From assembly GCF_001194135.2 (NCBI RefSeq), contig NC_068982.1:85059333-85123332 (forward strand): 64,000 nt of DNA, in the 5' to 3' direction. A program made the position numbers and the translations under genes. Positions within the stretch are counted from its first letter, which is position 1; each line of letters starts with the position of its first letter. Source of the DNA: Octopus bimaculoides (taxonomy: Eukaryota). The notes under the pieces were generated by a model, which worked only from the letters and a program-made list of their open reading frames with translations, had not been told where the DNA came from and made no database searches. Positions 38,150 to 49,430 of this stretch are shown one piece after another.

Positions 38150-40330
38150 CATATTTAGACATGCTCTTAAATACTTAAATGATAAACTTCTGGAAAGTTT
38201 TACAGATTTTTACAGTTCCAGTGATTGATTGGATCTGTAGTCTTTGAATTAGCTTTCTCCTTTCTGGTTTTGAGAAGCCGAATTTCTCAAGATTGGTATT
38301 TAGGCAGCATGTTACATATACCAGTGTTCCAATAATCACAGGCATAAATCTGAACTTATAATCTGGGTAGAGCAATTCTCTTTTTCACTGATCTTCAGCT
38401 TTATGTTAATATCCACTGGGCAGTTGATTTCCACAACTGTACACAGTTTCTCTTCTCTATGCTAAATCACTATATCAGGTCTATTGGGTTTACATTTTAT
38501 TGAGTTTTTCACTGGGACATGCTACCATTACTCCTTTTTATTATGAGTGGTTACAGCTTCTACCATAATGTGAATTCCTATTTCTTTGTCCTTGGGGTTA
38601 TCCTTCTGATGGACCTCATTATACAGTGTCCTAGCTACAACATCATGTCTCATTGGTAGATAATACCGTGATGATATTTTCAGACAACTGCTTGTGATGT
38701 GGGTGATATCTTCAGTGTTAACTCCACAAATTCTGCATCACTTGTCACATTTTGCTGCTTTTTCTGCATCCCTGTCCATTTTGTGCATCAGGTATTTGGT
38801 TCATATCCCTATTCCTGCATGCATGGTCTTCTGCTGATATAAGCTCATCCTTTCATCTGATATGTTGCGATAGGGTTATGTGACTTCTTTAAGCATATAT
38901 TCAAAGTCAACAGACAAGGAATGCTAGTCAAGGAGCTGCTTTCCAAGTCTCATGATGTTATCAGGCTCATGTATGCAAACTTGGTCAAGGAACACATTTC
39001 AACAATTGGCAGTTAAAGATGTTGCAAAGGGATGTGATATGACATGCAAAGGCAGTCTAGATTGGTGTTAAATTTCTATTGCCTTGTATTCATTTTAGGT
39101 AGAGTCAGTCTACACCACTGTTGATGTGGAAATTATGTGTGTTGGTTAGTATCTTCTGGGTTTTCACATCAATGGCTCAGATCTCATCAAGCATCCAATC
39201 AAGCAGCCCAAATGTTGGTATGAGTACTGGCACTGCAAACACAATTGTAGGCCACTGTTTTATTAAATGCAGAGAGTTCCGAGGTACAAATTTTCTTTGT
39301 TCAACTGTAATAGTCTTTAGTGACACGTGTCTTATTACAGATGCCATTGTAAGATATGTTTTCATCTACCCCAAGATACCAGTAATATCCCTCATCAGAT
39401 ATAGGGGAAACAGTTAAGTCATTGATGGAAGTGTTGCTAGTCTGGTTTACAGTTTTCCCTCTTTTCACAACCATTATAGCAACATTTATCCTGACCAAAC
39501 TCCAGCCCTATATCCTTTGAGAACTTGTAACCAGGTCAAGGCTCTTTTTCATTTCATGCATATTTTTTGCATATAGTTCAATTCATCCACAAGGCGTAAT
39601 TTTGGTATTTCTGTTTCCTTGTGAACCAGTGAGATATCTTTCAGACTTCCTTAACATGAATGACAAAGAGTTTACAGAAATTATAAACATCACAGAGGCT
39701 GTCCTCTTGGAATACAACCACTCCTTGTATTTAATTTCAAGATGGTGGCCCACAATGAAGTCAGGTCAACTATGGTTTTGACTATGCTCGCTGGAACTTT
39801 AGCAAGTTGAAGGCTTCTAGGCTCCATGAGTGGAGGACACGGTCAAAGGCTTTCTTGTAGTCCAGCCACATTGAAATGAGGTTCATCCTATGCTCCCGCA
39901 CCTCTGACATAACAGTTTTGCTTATTAACAGTTGCTCAGCACATCCTCAGGCTCCCTTCTTCTCAGCTGCTTTTCTGCTGTGATGATGTTATTACTTTCC
40001 CAATGATCTTGCAGGAAGAGGTTTAAACATGCTGTATATATTTTATACATTAAGTTCTGGCAGGCCAGTAATTTTTTGCCAAGTGGATGGCTCTGCATTT
40101 GGGGATCAGTTTTGCTTTTGCCAGAGCTAAACAGTATGGTATGCTAATGTTCCCATTGAGAACTTACTGGTACAGTTTATAAGATATCAGTAGAAGGTTA
40201 GCTTCTTGTACCAGTATCCAACAATCAAGTCTCTTCCAGGTGCTTTTCCATCCTGAAGTTTCTGGATTACAGTCATAAGGGTAGCACCATCAATGCTGTA
40301 TGTCTCAGGTGTAATGCAGGGACAATAACT
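38150..40330 (-). mobile_element. Third R4/Dong-like element, RT and REL endonuclease remnants
   Basis: GRT.L and DY.KAF..SS motifs, IWMN..LY DDL-like RT region, RHDVVA, RPDIV, PVIIGTLV and IQSITGTVKICK. Confidence 0.75.
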
Positions 40331-41198
40331 TTGAATTTCTTCCAGCAACTGAGCTGGTTAAACTACTACTCTCCACTCCAGATTTTCCTCCAAGAGCCTG
40401 TGTCTTCTTGTGAAGTAACTTCTGTGATGTTCACTGCTTCTCCTCTCATGTCTCTATATACTGCTGTCTGGTTCTGGTTAAATATTTTTATATATGTATG
40501 TATGTACATACGTAGATAAATGTTAGAGAATTGAATGAATGACATCCTTTATTTAAAATCAGAACAATTATTTTGAGACATATTTACAGCCAGAGTACAT
40601 TGGTGAGATGTTGTATAATTATTATCATGCATCCAAGATGTAAAATTCACCTTCTCAGGTGATTGTTGAAATAAGTTCTTCATTAGAGAATGCCTACCCA
40701 TAGTGATGTCATATTCAGCAGTTTACCAACAAAACTAAGCTCATAGATATAGTGACAAAATACAATTATAATCAAAATACAAAAATAATGAAATGGAAAA
40801 AAAAAAGGACCAGGTTGACTAAATTACAATTCTATCTTCATGGTCAGATTATGAGGACGAAAGTGCAAAACAGAATGAAGAATAAAGAGATAATAAAATG
40901 ATAAAACTTTTAAGAGATAATAAAGTGATAATGTGACGAAAACTGATACTTTCATTACTTATTAACTGTTAATTTGTTTCTGTGAAGGATCTAAATTATT
41001 CAGTCTTTCACCACAAAACAACTAGCTCCATTCTACACCCCAATTAGCCTCTGCTTTAAGTTAATCTATTACCATTTAGGTTTATATCTGTTTTTGGAAT
41101 AAATAGAAAAAACATTAGTAGGTATCATTACCTACCTCATATACATATTCTTCCATCCCCAACCTACAAGATATTGTTTTATATATATATATATATAT

Positions 41199-41661
41199 AA
41201 AGTTAACAGAATGAGATAAAAATCTAAGGCTGTGAAAGATTTCAGAACATTTATAAAGAGAAGGTCTTACAGCTGTTTCCAGGATATTTTATATATCCCT
41301 TCATTGGAGACGGTGTGTGAAAATGGTTAAGCAATAGTTATTCTAGAGAAGATAAGAAACAGAGAGTGAAGCGGAGGAATGAAAACAGACATGAGATATG
41401 CAGGGATATTGTATCTGCAGTTCCATTATTTAAGCAGAATAGTATACATATAAGTTTCCTGTACTTTGTGTGTAAGTTCCAATAGTATTTAAAATTGGTC
41501 ATTCCAAGCATAGAGCTTGTAAACGGTGTTACTGAATCGAGGTTTTTTTTAAAGTCCTCATTCGCATAATCACCGAACCTGGAGCTTAACTATAGTCTGT
41601 CCATAGCACTTACTCAGCATTACCTGACATGGTCTTCTTGACACCATTACCTTTCATAACC
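41199..41661 (-). mobile_element. About 460-bp Penelope-pLTR-like unit between two (TA)n arrays, with a hammerhead fold
   Basis: (TA)n at about 41180-41198 and 41662-41675; hammerhead-like motif at 41264-41311. Confidence 0.55.
41264..41311 (-). ncRNA. Minimal type I hammerhead motif with degenerate core CCAAUGA
   Basis: GTCT CCAATGA A GGGATAT ATAAA ATATCCT G GAAA CAGCTG TA AGAC: 4-bp stem I, 7-bp stem II, palindromic stem III ACAGCUGU, GUA triplet. Confidence 0.6.
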
Positions 41662-41963
41662 TATATATATATATACATTTATGAATTTATGTTGCAAGAT
41701 TTCTGATGTGAAACTGTGTTGAAACAGATATTGTCTGGAATGGACTAGGCAGAGTAGGAGGACACACGTGGATGGAAAAGGGTGCTGAAGAGGTCACAGA
41801 TGTGTGATGAACGATTTCCAGACAATGGACATCAGATAAAATAAGAACAATAATAAATGAGTGAAGGACAAATATATAGTGCATATGTTTATTTGGCAAA
41901 AACAAGAAAAAAATGACCATCGTGAAGTGTAATGAGAAATTTATATGTATGTATGTATGTATG

Positions 41964-42015
<52 letters not shown>

Positions 42016-42189
42016 TATACATACATACTTCTTAGTAATATTCTCACTATTGTTACAGTTTATAACCATATCAATACATGCTGGGTGTAAAGTTTAACCC
42101 AAATACGTAGTACTGTGTATATCTTTATATAGCCACAAATGTATGTATATATACAAACACACACATGCAGCTATCTATGCATGCACATA

Positions 42190-45100
42190 TATATCATCAT
42201 CAACATCATCATCATCGTTTAATGTTCGTTTTCCATGCTGGCTTGGGCTGGACGGTTTGACTGGGGTCTGAGAAGCCAGGGGGCTGCACCAGGCCCCAAT
42301 TTGATCTGGAAGTGTTTCTACAGCTGGATGCCCTTCCTAATGCCAACCACTCCGAGAGTGTAGTAGGTGCTTTTTACGTGCCACTGGCACAGGGACCAGA
42401 GGAGCTGGTATCGACCACGATCGGATGATGCTTTTTACATGCCACCAGCACGGAAGCGGCACTGGCATCAGCCACCTTCGGATGGTGCTTTTTACTTGCT
42501 ACCAGCACAGGACTCACAACTAGAATTTCCATTTGATTTGATTTTGATATTGTTGATGTTGATGTACATGACTCAATAGGTCTCCTCAAGCACAGCTTGT
42601 TACCCTATGATCCAAGGTACTTTTAAGTGGGCTGGTTATGCAACACTGGTGTAGGTAACAGCTGTGGACTCACTTTATTTGCCAGGTCTTCTCAGTCACA
42701 GCATACCTCCAGAGGTCTCGGCCTTTTGTCATTGCCTCTGTGAGGTCCAACATTCGAAGGTCATGCTTCACCACCTCATCCCATGTCTTCCTGGGTCTCC
42801 CTCTACCTCGGATTCCTTCTACTGTTTGGGAGTGGCACTTCTTCACACAGCTCTCCTCGGCCATCCTCAGTTCATGACCATACCAACACAAACGTCTCTC
42901 TTGCACGCCACATCCAATGCTTCTTATGTCTAACATTTCTCTCAGGGCACGTACACTCTGTCATGTGTGCACACTGACATTACATATCTAGCGGATCATG
43001 CTAGCTTCATTTCTTTCGAGCTTGCGCATGTCTTCAGCAGTCACAGCCCATGTTTCACTGTCGTGAAGTATGGTCGTTAGCACACATGCATCATACAATC
43101 TACCTTTCACTCTGAGCAAGAGGCCCTTTGTCACCAGCAGAGGTAGAAGCTTTCTGAACTTTGCCCAGGCTATTCTTATTCTAGTGGTAACACTCTCAGA
43201 GCATCCACCCCCACTACAGACCTAGGTAGCGGAAGCTATCAATTACTTGTAGTTTCTCTCCTGGCATGTGATGGAGTCTGTTTTCTGAGCATCTGTGGTG
43301 TTTATTGCCCCTGTGCATCTGCTGCATGTGAAAGTTATCTTCCCGGTTAATCTTCCTTTGATGTTGCTGCATCTCTTATGAGATAGCTTACACTGGGTAC
43401 ATCTTATGGAGTTTTTACTTACACTTTTTCTACAGATCGAGCAGGGCCACCTACTTGAAGGGGTGTGTGATGTGTTCACCTTCCTGCTTACTAGAACTTT
43501 GGTCTTTGCAACATTGACTCTAAGTCCCTTCGATTCCAACCCTTGCTTCCAAACTTGAAGTTTCCCAGGGGCAACCTGTCTTGAATTCCTGTTATTGCCT
43601 GGAGGATTATGATGAATAAGAGGGGGCTGAGGGCTGATCCTTGGTGGACCCCTACTTCTACCAGGAATTCTTCACTATACTCATTTCCAATCTTAACCCT
43701 ACTGACGGCATCTCTGTATAGGGCCTGTACAGCCCTTATTAACCATTCGTCAATCCCCAGTTTCTGCATCGCCCACCAGATAAGGGATCAGGGGACACTA
43801 TCAAAGGCTTTACCCAAGTCAACAAAAGCCAAATATAGGGGTTTATCTTTGGCTATGTATTTCTCCTGCAGCTGTCTTACCAGGAATATAGCATCAGTGG
43901 TGCTTCTACCTAGCACAAAACCGAACTGCATCTCATCTAAGCGGATTCTCTCCTGGATTAGTTGGGCTATGACCCTCTCCATGACCTTCATCACCTGATC
44001 CAGCAGTTTGATACCTCTGTAGTTATTTCTATTTAAAGCATCACCTTTACCTTTGGAGCAGTTGACTACGGTGCTGCTATGCCAGTTATTGGGTATGACT
44101 CCATCATGAACTACCTGGTTTACAATACAGGTGACTAGGCCATAGCCAACACCATCAGATATTTTAAGCATCTTAGCAGTGACTCCTGATGGGCAGGGGG
44201 CTTTTCCTGGCTTCATATTCTTAATTGCTTTATCTACCAGGGTGCTGTCTATTCAGATAGCTGGTCCCTCTACTGGATCAACATTTGGCAGGCTCTACTC
44301 CTCCCACTCATTCTCCACGTTCAACAGTCTTTCATAATGGCTCCTCCAAGCCTCTTTCTTTTCTGAATCAGTAAAAGTAAGTACACCATCATCCATGAAG
44401 ACACATTTCTCTCCTGTAACATCACAATTTTCCCTCACACACTGTCTTGCAATCCGGAATGCTTCAGTTCTTTGGTCCACACGTCGCTGGGCACTGGCAA
44501 ACTTCTTCTTTTCTGCTTCGCCCTTGATTATGTATACCTGTCGCCCAGCCTCCCGTTTGGCTATCTGGTACAGTTCCCTACTACCCCCACCCTTCCAGGC
44601 TTTCCAGGGTTGTTTCTTTGCTCTGGTGACTTTGTCTACCGTATCATTCCACCACCACATTGCTCTAGGTCTGGAAGGGACTTTGCACCATCTGCAGACT
44701 TGGTCTGTGGCACTCAGTAAGCCGTTCCATACGAATTTCCAGCTACCTTCTATGTCTGAGGACTGTAGTTCCTCCTCCCTCTCATCAAATTTCTTGATGA
44801 GGATGTCCCTAAATCTGACCATGTAAAGGGTTCTTTAGCTTCCAAATCCTTCTCTTCTGAATTGGCTTGCTTCTTGGCATCCTCCTGGTCTCGAATCAAA
44901 AGTCACTAATGACTAGTCTACGCTGAGGGGTGCATTCTTCATCTGGGAGGGTCTTTGCATTTAAGTGCAACCCTGCGTCCTGCTGTCTGGCGAGGATGAA
45001 ATCAATCTGGCTAACAAAGTCCCCTGATTGATAGGTTATCAGGTGGCTGTCTGGCTTCCTGAACTTAGTGTTGTAGATTAAAAGGTTACATGCATCACAG

Positions 45101-46150
45101 AACTCCAGTAGCCTAGTTCCCTCATCGTTCCAGGAACCAATACCATGGCCCTCATGTACACCAGTGAAGATACTGGATTTCCGCCCAACATGCCCATTAA
45201 AATCTTCAGCACCAGAAAAGAAGAGGCAGGTTGTCGTGTTCGTTTTTTAGGCATGCTTCACCTGTTCTCACCTCCAACCTGACAACATTCAAATATTCAA
45301 GTGTGTTAAGATTGTTTCCCCTACTGGAGGTAGGAGCAGGTATTAGCGGCATTGTAAGCATAAACATTATGGTCATCGAATAATGTAAATTTAAGCGGTG
45401 CAACAGAATATGGATATTCCAATGTTAGATTAGGTGAGGAGTCAGCTAAAACTGGTTGCGTTTGTCCAGGAAGAGGGGGATTACAGGTATGATGGAAGGT
45501 ACCACCAGTAGGGAAGTGTTCAGACAGAGAGAGAAGAAACAAGCTCATTCCTACATACACACAAGCACACCCACACACAGGAACAAGCACACATGGACAG
45601 CCGAATAGCTTTCTCCTTCACTTGATAAGGCCAAGGAAAATTCCTGGGTAGTTGTTGACATGTTTCTAGATGGAACGAAAATGAAACGAAAGATAGCCGG
45701 TTAAGTAGGTGGGCAGATAACCTGGTTGCATTAGTCCCAGAAGAGAGATAGAGAGGGAGAGAGATAGAGAAAGAGAGATAGAGAAAGAGAGAGTGCAGGT
45801 AATATAGGGAACAGCACCAGTGAGGAGGGGGAATTGAGAGAAGAGACATCTGGTGATGGTGGTGACAAATTTCTAGACAGAACGAAATGAAAGATAGCTG
45901 GTTAAGTAGGTGGGTGGATGGGCAGCTGGGCTAGTTGCATTTGTCCCAGGAGAGAAAGAGTGCAGGTAATATATAGAGAACAGCACAGTGAGAAGGAGGG
46001 GTTGGGAGAATAGACATCAGGTAATGGTGGTGGGAGGAGAGAAAGATATCCAGTGTAGATGGTGGGAAGACAAGAGATATCCGGCATTGGTAGTGGGGGT
46101 GGGAAAGGGTGGGCATACTGCGAACAAGCAAGTTTAGTTTGGGGGCATAG
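42190..46150 (-). mobile_element. Near full-length RTE-clade LINE with frameshifts and an internal APE deletion
   Basis: APE motifs DFNGHVG and IDFIL; RT motifs NYRGIKLL, FVDLGKAFD, GVHQGSALSP; C-terminal RRLCWYGH; (CAT)n tail; duplicated 5' UTR blocks at 45665-46010. Confidence 0.93.
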
Positions 46151-46251
46151 TAAGAGGGACGAAAATAATGGTAATAATAATGAAATTAAACAGACTGAGA
46201 AATGAGTAATTATCTTAATGAAATACATGAGAGATAAAATTATATATATAT

Positions 46252-47720
46252 ATAGGTGAGAAAGTTGGTATGTGAAAGCACATGGTTGGATGTATAAAAG
46301 ATAATAAGAGTGAAAAAACTACAGAAGGCTTGTGTTACATGGTTAAAGTATATATTTAAATTATGTNNNNNNNNNNNNNNNNNNNNNNNNNNNNNNNNNN
46401 NNNNNNNNNNNNNNNNNNNNNNNNNNNNNNNNNNNNNNNNNNNNNNNNNNNNNNNNNNNNNNNNNNNNNNNNNNGAAATAACCGGTTTCATGTTGTCTTT
46501 TCAAATTTCTCTACTTCATTGTAACATGTGTTCGCTCCAGTCTGAAAAGAAAAGTTCTAGATAGGGGGAGGTAATTAGGGATTTCTTCCGGTATAAGGGA
46601 GTTAATCGAAATCTAGGAGCTGGTAGAATTTGATTAATTTACCATGGTTTTGTTCTATATTTTTTTCCCTCTCAGTGGGGTGATGAATTTCCTTATTTAA
46701 ATGTGTTAGCAATGGTTAAGTTTGGGTTTGTATTTTTGAATGAAAAAGGTTTCCTTATTTAATCTAATTTGTGTTGGTGTTCTAATGGCACATTGATAGA
46801 AAGGAAAGATTATAAATTGTGGTAGTATTTGTTTTGCGCATTTCTCAATATGCTCACTAAGAGGTATCATTCGGTATTCTGGGCATGCAATCTGCTGTCG
46901 ATGCAGAGTGCATCTGCGTCTGAGCGATAATCCTGTGGACCTTATGTAGTTTTCATGGCAGCCCGAGCATCTTATTACATAAATAAGGTTTTCTGAGGCA
47001 CAATTAAAGTCAGAACATGCCCAAACATTCTAGAAGGTTCAGAATTCCTCTTCAAAGAGGGACAAAAATTCAAAGTTAAATCTGACTTTACTTGTGCCTC
47101 AGAAAACCTTATTTATGTAATAAGATGCTCGGGCTGCCACGAAAATTACATAGGGTCCACAGGATTATCGCTCAGATGCAGATGCAGTCTGCATTGACAG
47201 CAGATTGCATGAAGAATACCGAATGATACCTCTTAGTGAGCATATTGAGAAATGCGCAAAACAAATGCTACCACAATTTATAATCTTTCCTTTCTATCAA
47301 TGTGCCATTAGAACACTAACACAAATTAGATTAAATAAGGAAACCTTTTTCATTCAAAAATACAAACCCAAACTTAACCATTGCTAACACATNNNNNNNN
47401 NNNNNNNNNNNNNNNNNNNNNNNNNNNNNNNNNNNNNNNNNNNNNNNNNNNNNNNNNNNNNNNNNNNNNNNNNNNNNNNNNNNNNNNNNNNNNNNNNNNN
47501 NNNNNNNNNNNNNNNNNNNNNNNNNNNNNNNNNNNNNNNNNNNNNNNNNNNNNNNNNNNNNNNNNNNNNNNNNNNNNNNNNNNNNNNNNNNNNNNNNNNN
47601 NNNNNNNNNNNNNNNNNNNNNNNNNNNNNNNNNNNNNNNNNNNNNNNNNNNNNNNNNNNNNNNNNNNNNNNNNNNNNNNNNNNNNNNNNNNNNNNNNNNN
47701 NNNNNNNNNNNNNNNNNATA
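46252..47720. mobile_element. Penelope-like element remnant: GIY-YIG endonuclease C-terminus in inverted duplication
   Basis: FTCASENLIYVIRCSGC..NYIGSTG..LR.R...H...F.IFPFYQ...E.FFIQKYKPKLN on + (47050-47390) and mirrored on - (46701-47014). (TA)n on both outer flanks; two N gaps inside. Confidence 0.88.
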
Positions 47721-47764
47721 TATATATATATATATACTTCTAACATACATTCTTACTATTTATA

Positions 47765-48130
47765 ATTCATCATCATCATTTAACAGCTGGATTAGACGGT
47801 TTGACTGGAGCTGATGAGCTGGAGAGCTGCACCAGATTCCAGTTCAATTTGGCATGATTTCTACAGCTGGATGCCCTTCCTAATGCCAACCACTCCAGGA
47901 GTGTAATGGGAGCTTTTATGTGCCACTAGCATGGGTGCCGTTTACATAGCACCGCCAGTGACCACAATTTCTAGGTGCCAATTTACATGGCACTGGCAGC
48001 AAACAACCATGACTATGCCATTTACATGGCACCGGCAATGACCATGACCAAAATACATGTGCGCCATTTACATGACACAGGCATGGCCATAACTATGATT
48101 TCACTTGCCCTTATGTCTTCTCACACACAG
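47765..48130 (-). repeat. RTE-type tail repeat with short internal tandem motifs (GCCATTTACATGGCAC)
   Basis: Same family as 6365 and 58700. Confidence 0.65.
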
Positions 48131-49039
48131 CATATCGCCAGAGCTCTTGGTCACACAGACACATGTATGTACTTCTTACATGCAATAAATATGATAAGGA
48201 AACATTAAATTTTTGTTTGTAAATTGCTTTTACAAAACTGCACAAATGAGCATTTTAGCTTGTGATTGCATCAAATAATGCTTTCAAAGTACCTAATCAC
48301 AATTTTATCTGTATACATTAAAATATATAGTGCCACCTCAGAACAGAGATTGTAAGATCTTAAAAATGCATTGTACGGATATTCATCTTTTATTACGCTG
48401 CATGTGGTGTTGTACTGCATTTTTCCTTTCTAAAGTTTCCAAACCAGGTCAGCGAATGCTGTGCAGTGTTTTCTGTTAATGTTTTAATGGTGCCATGTGG
48501 TTCCAATATCAACTTTGGAAGCAATCTATGGTTGCACCAATATATACAAATGCATCTGAGAGCCTGCTAACAGTACATTTGTATGTTACATTGTTATGAA
48601 GGCATTCATTTCCCAGGGGACAGCCGTTCCTGTGCTTATAATTACATTTCTTTACCACACTGTTTCTCTTCTTCACAATTTTTCCTTTATTGCTTCTATG
48701 GTTATTATTAGTGCTGTTGATATACCCTTTATTATTATCTTTGCTGCTATTTCCAGTACTACTATTATTGAGATTTTTAGCATTTCAATTTTTATTGTCG
48801 GTAAACTGCTGATAATGAAACATCACTATAAGTATGCATTTTCACACTGAGTGAAATGATGGTAAGATCTAATGAAGGACTTATTTAAACAATCACTGTG
48901 AATGCATGATCATGATTACACAATGTCTCACCAATGTACTACAGGTGTAAAAATGTGTTGAAACAATTTTAGTGATTTTAAATGAAGAATGTCATTCAAC
49001 CTCTTTTTTATATCATTTATTTATTTGTATTAATTCTAC

Positions 49040-49430
49040 AGATAGGCACAGGTGTAGTTGTGTGGTATAAAGCTTGCTTCCCAACCACATGGTTCTGGGT
49101 TCAGTCCCACTGCATGGCATCTTGGGCAAGTGTCTTTTAATATAGCCTCGGCCTAACCAAAGCTTTGTGAGTGGATTTGGCAGATGGAAACTGAAAAGAA
49201 GCCCATCGTGTTCATATATGTGTGTGTGTGTGTATTTACGTGTGTATCTTTGTGTCTGTGTTTGTACTCCCACCATCGCTTGACAACTAATGCTGGTGTG
49301 TTTATGTCCTCGGTTCAGCAAAAGAGACTGATAAAATAAGTATCAGGTTACATAGAATAAGTGCTGGAGTCAATTTCTTCAACTAAAAATGTGGTGCTCC
49401 AGCATAGCTACAGTCTGATGACAGCAAGTA
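49040..49430 (+). repeat. tRNA-derived SINE with internal (TG)n
   Basis: Head gtggtataaagcttgcttcccaaccacatggttctgggttcagtccc; related copies at 56655-57245 (+) and 61090-61460 (-). Confidence 0.75.

Noticed and set aside
46475-46530. Minus-strand CAATGAAG...GAAACCGGTT at the Penelope 3' region
   Set aside because: Resembles a hammerhead remnant, but stems I and II cannot be drawn and it abuts a gap; not listed as a ribozyme.
47960-48075. Short repeated motif GCCATTTACATGGCAC with variable spacers (similar at 42380-42520), superficially CRISPR-like
   Set aside because: Eukaryotic context, spacers too short and irregular, no cas genes; these are internal tandem motifs of the RTE-tail repeat family.
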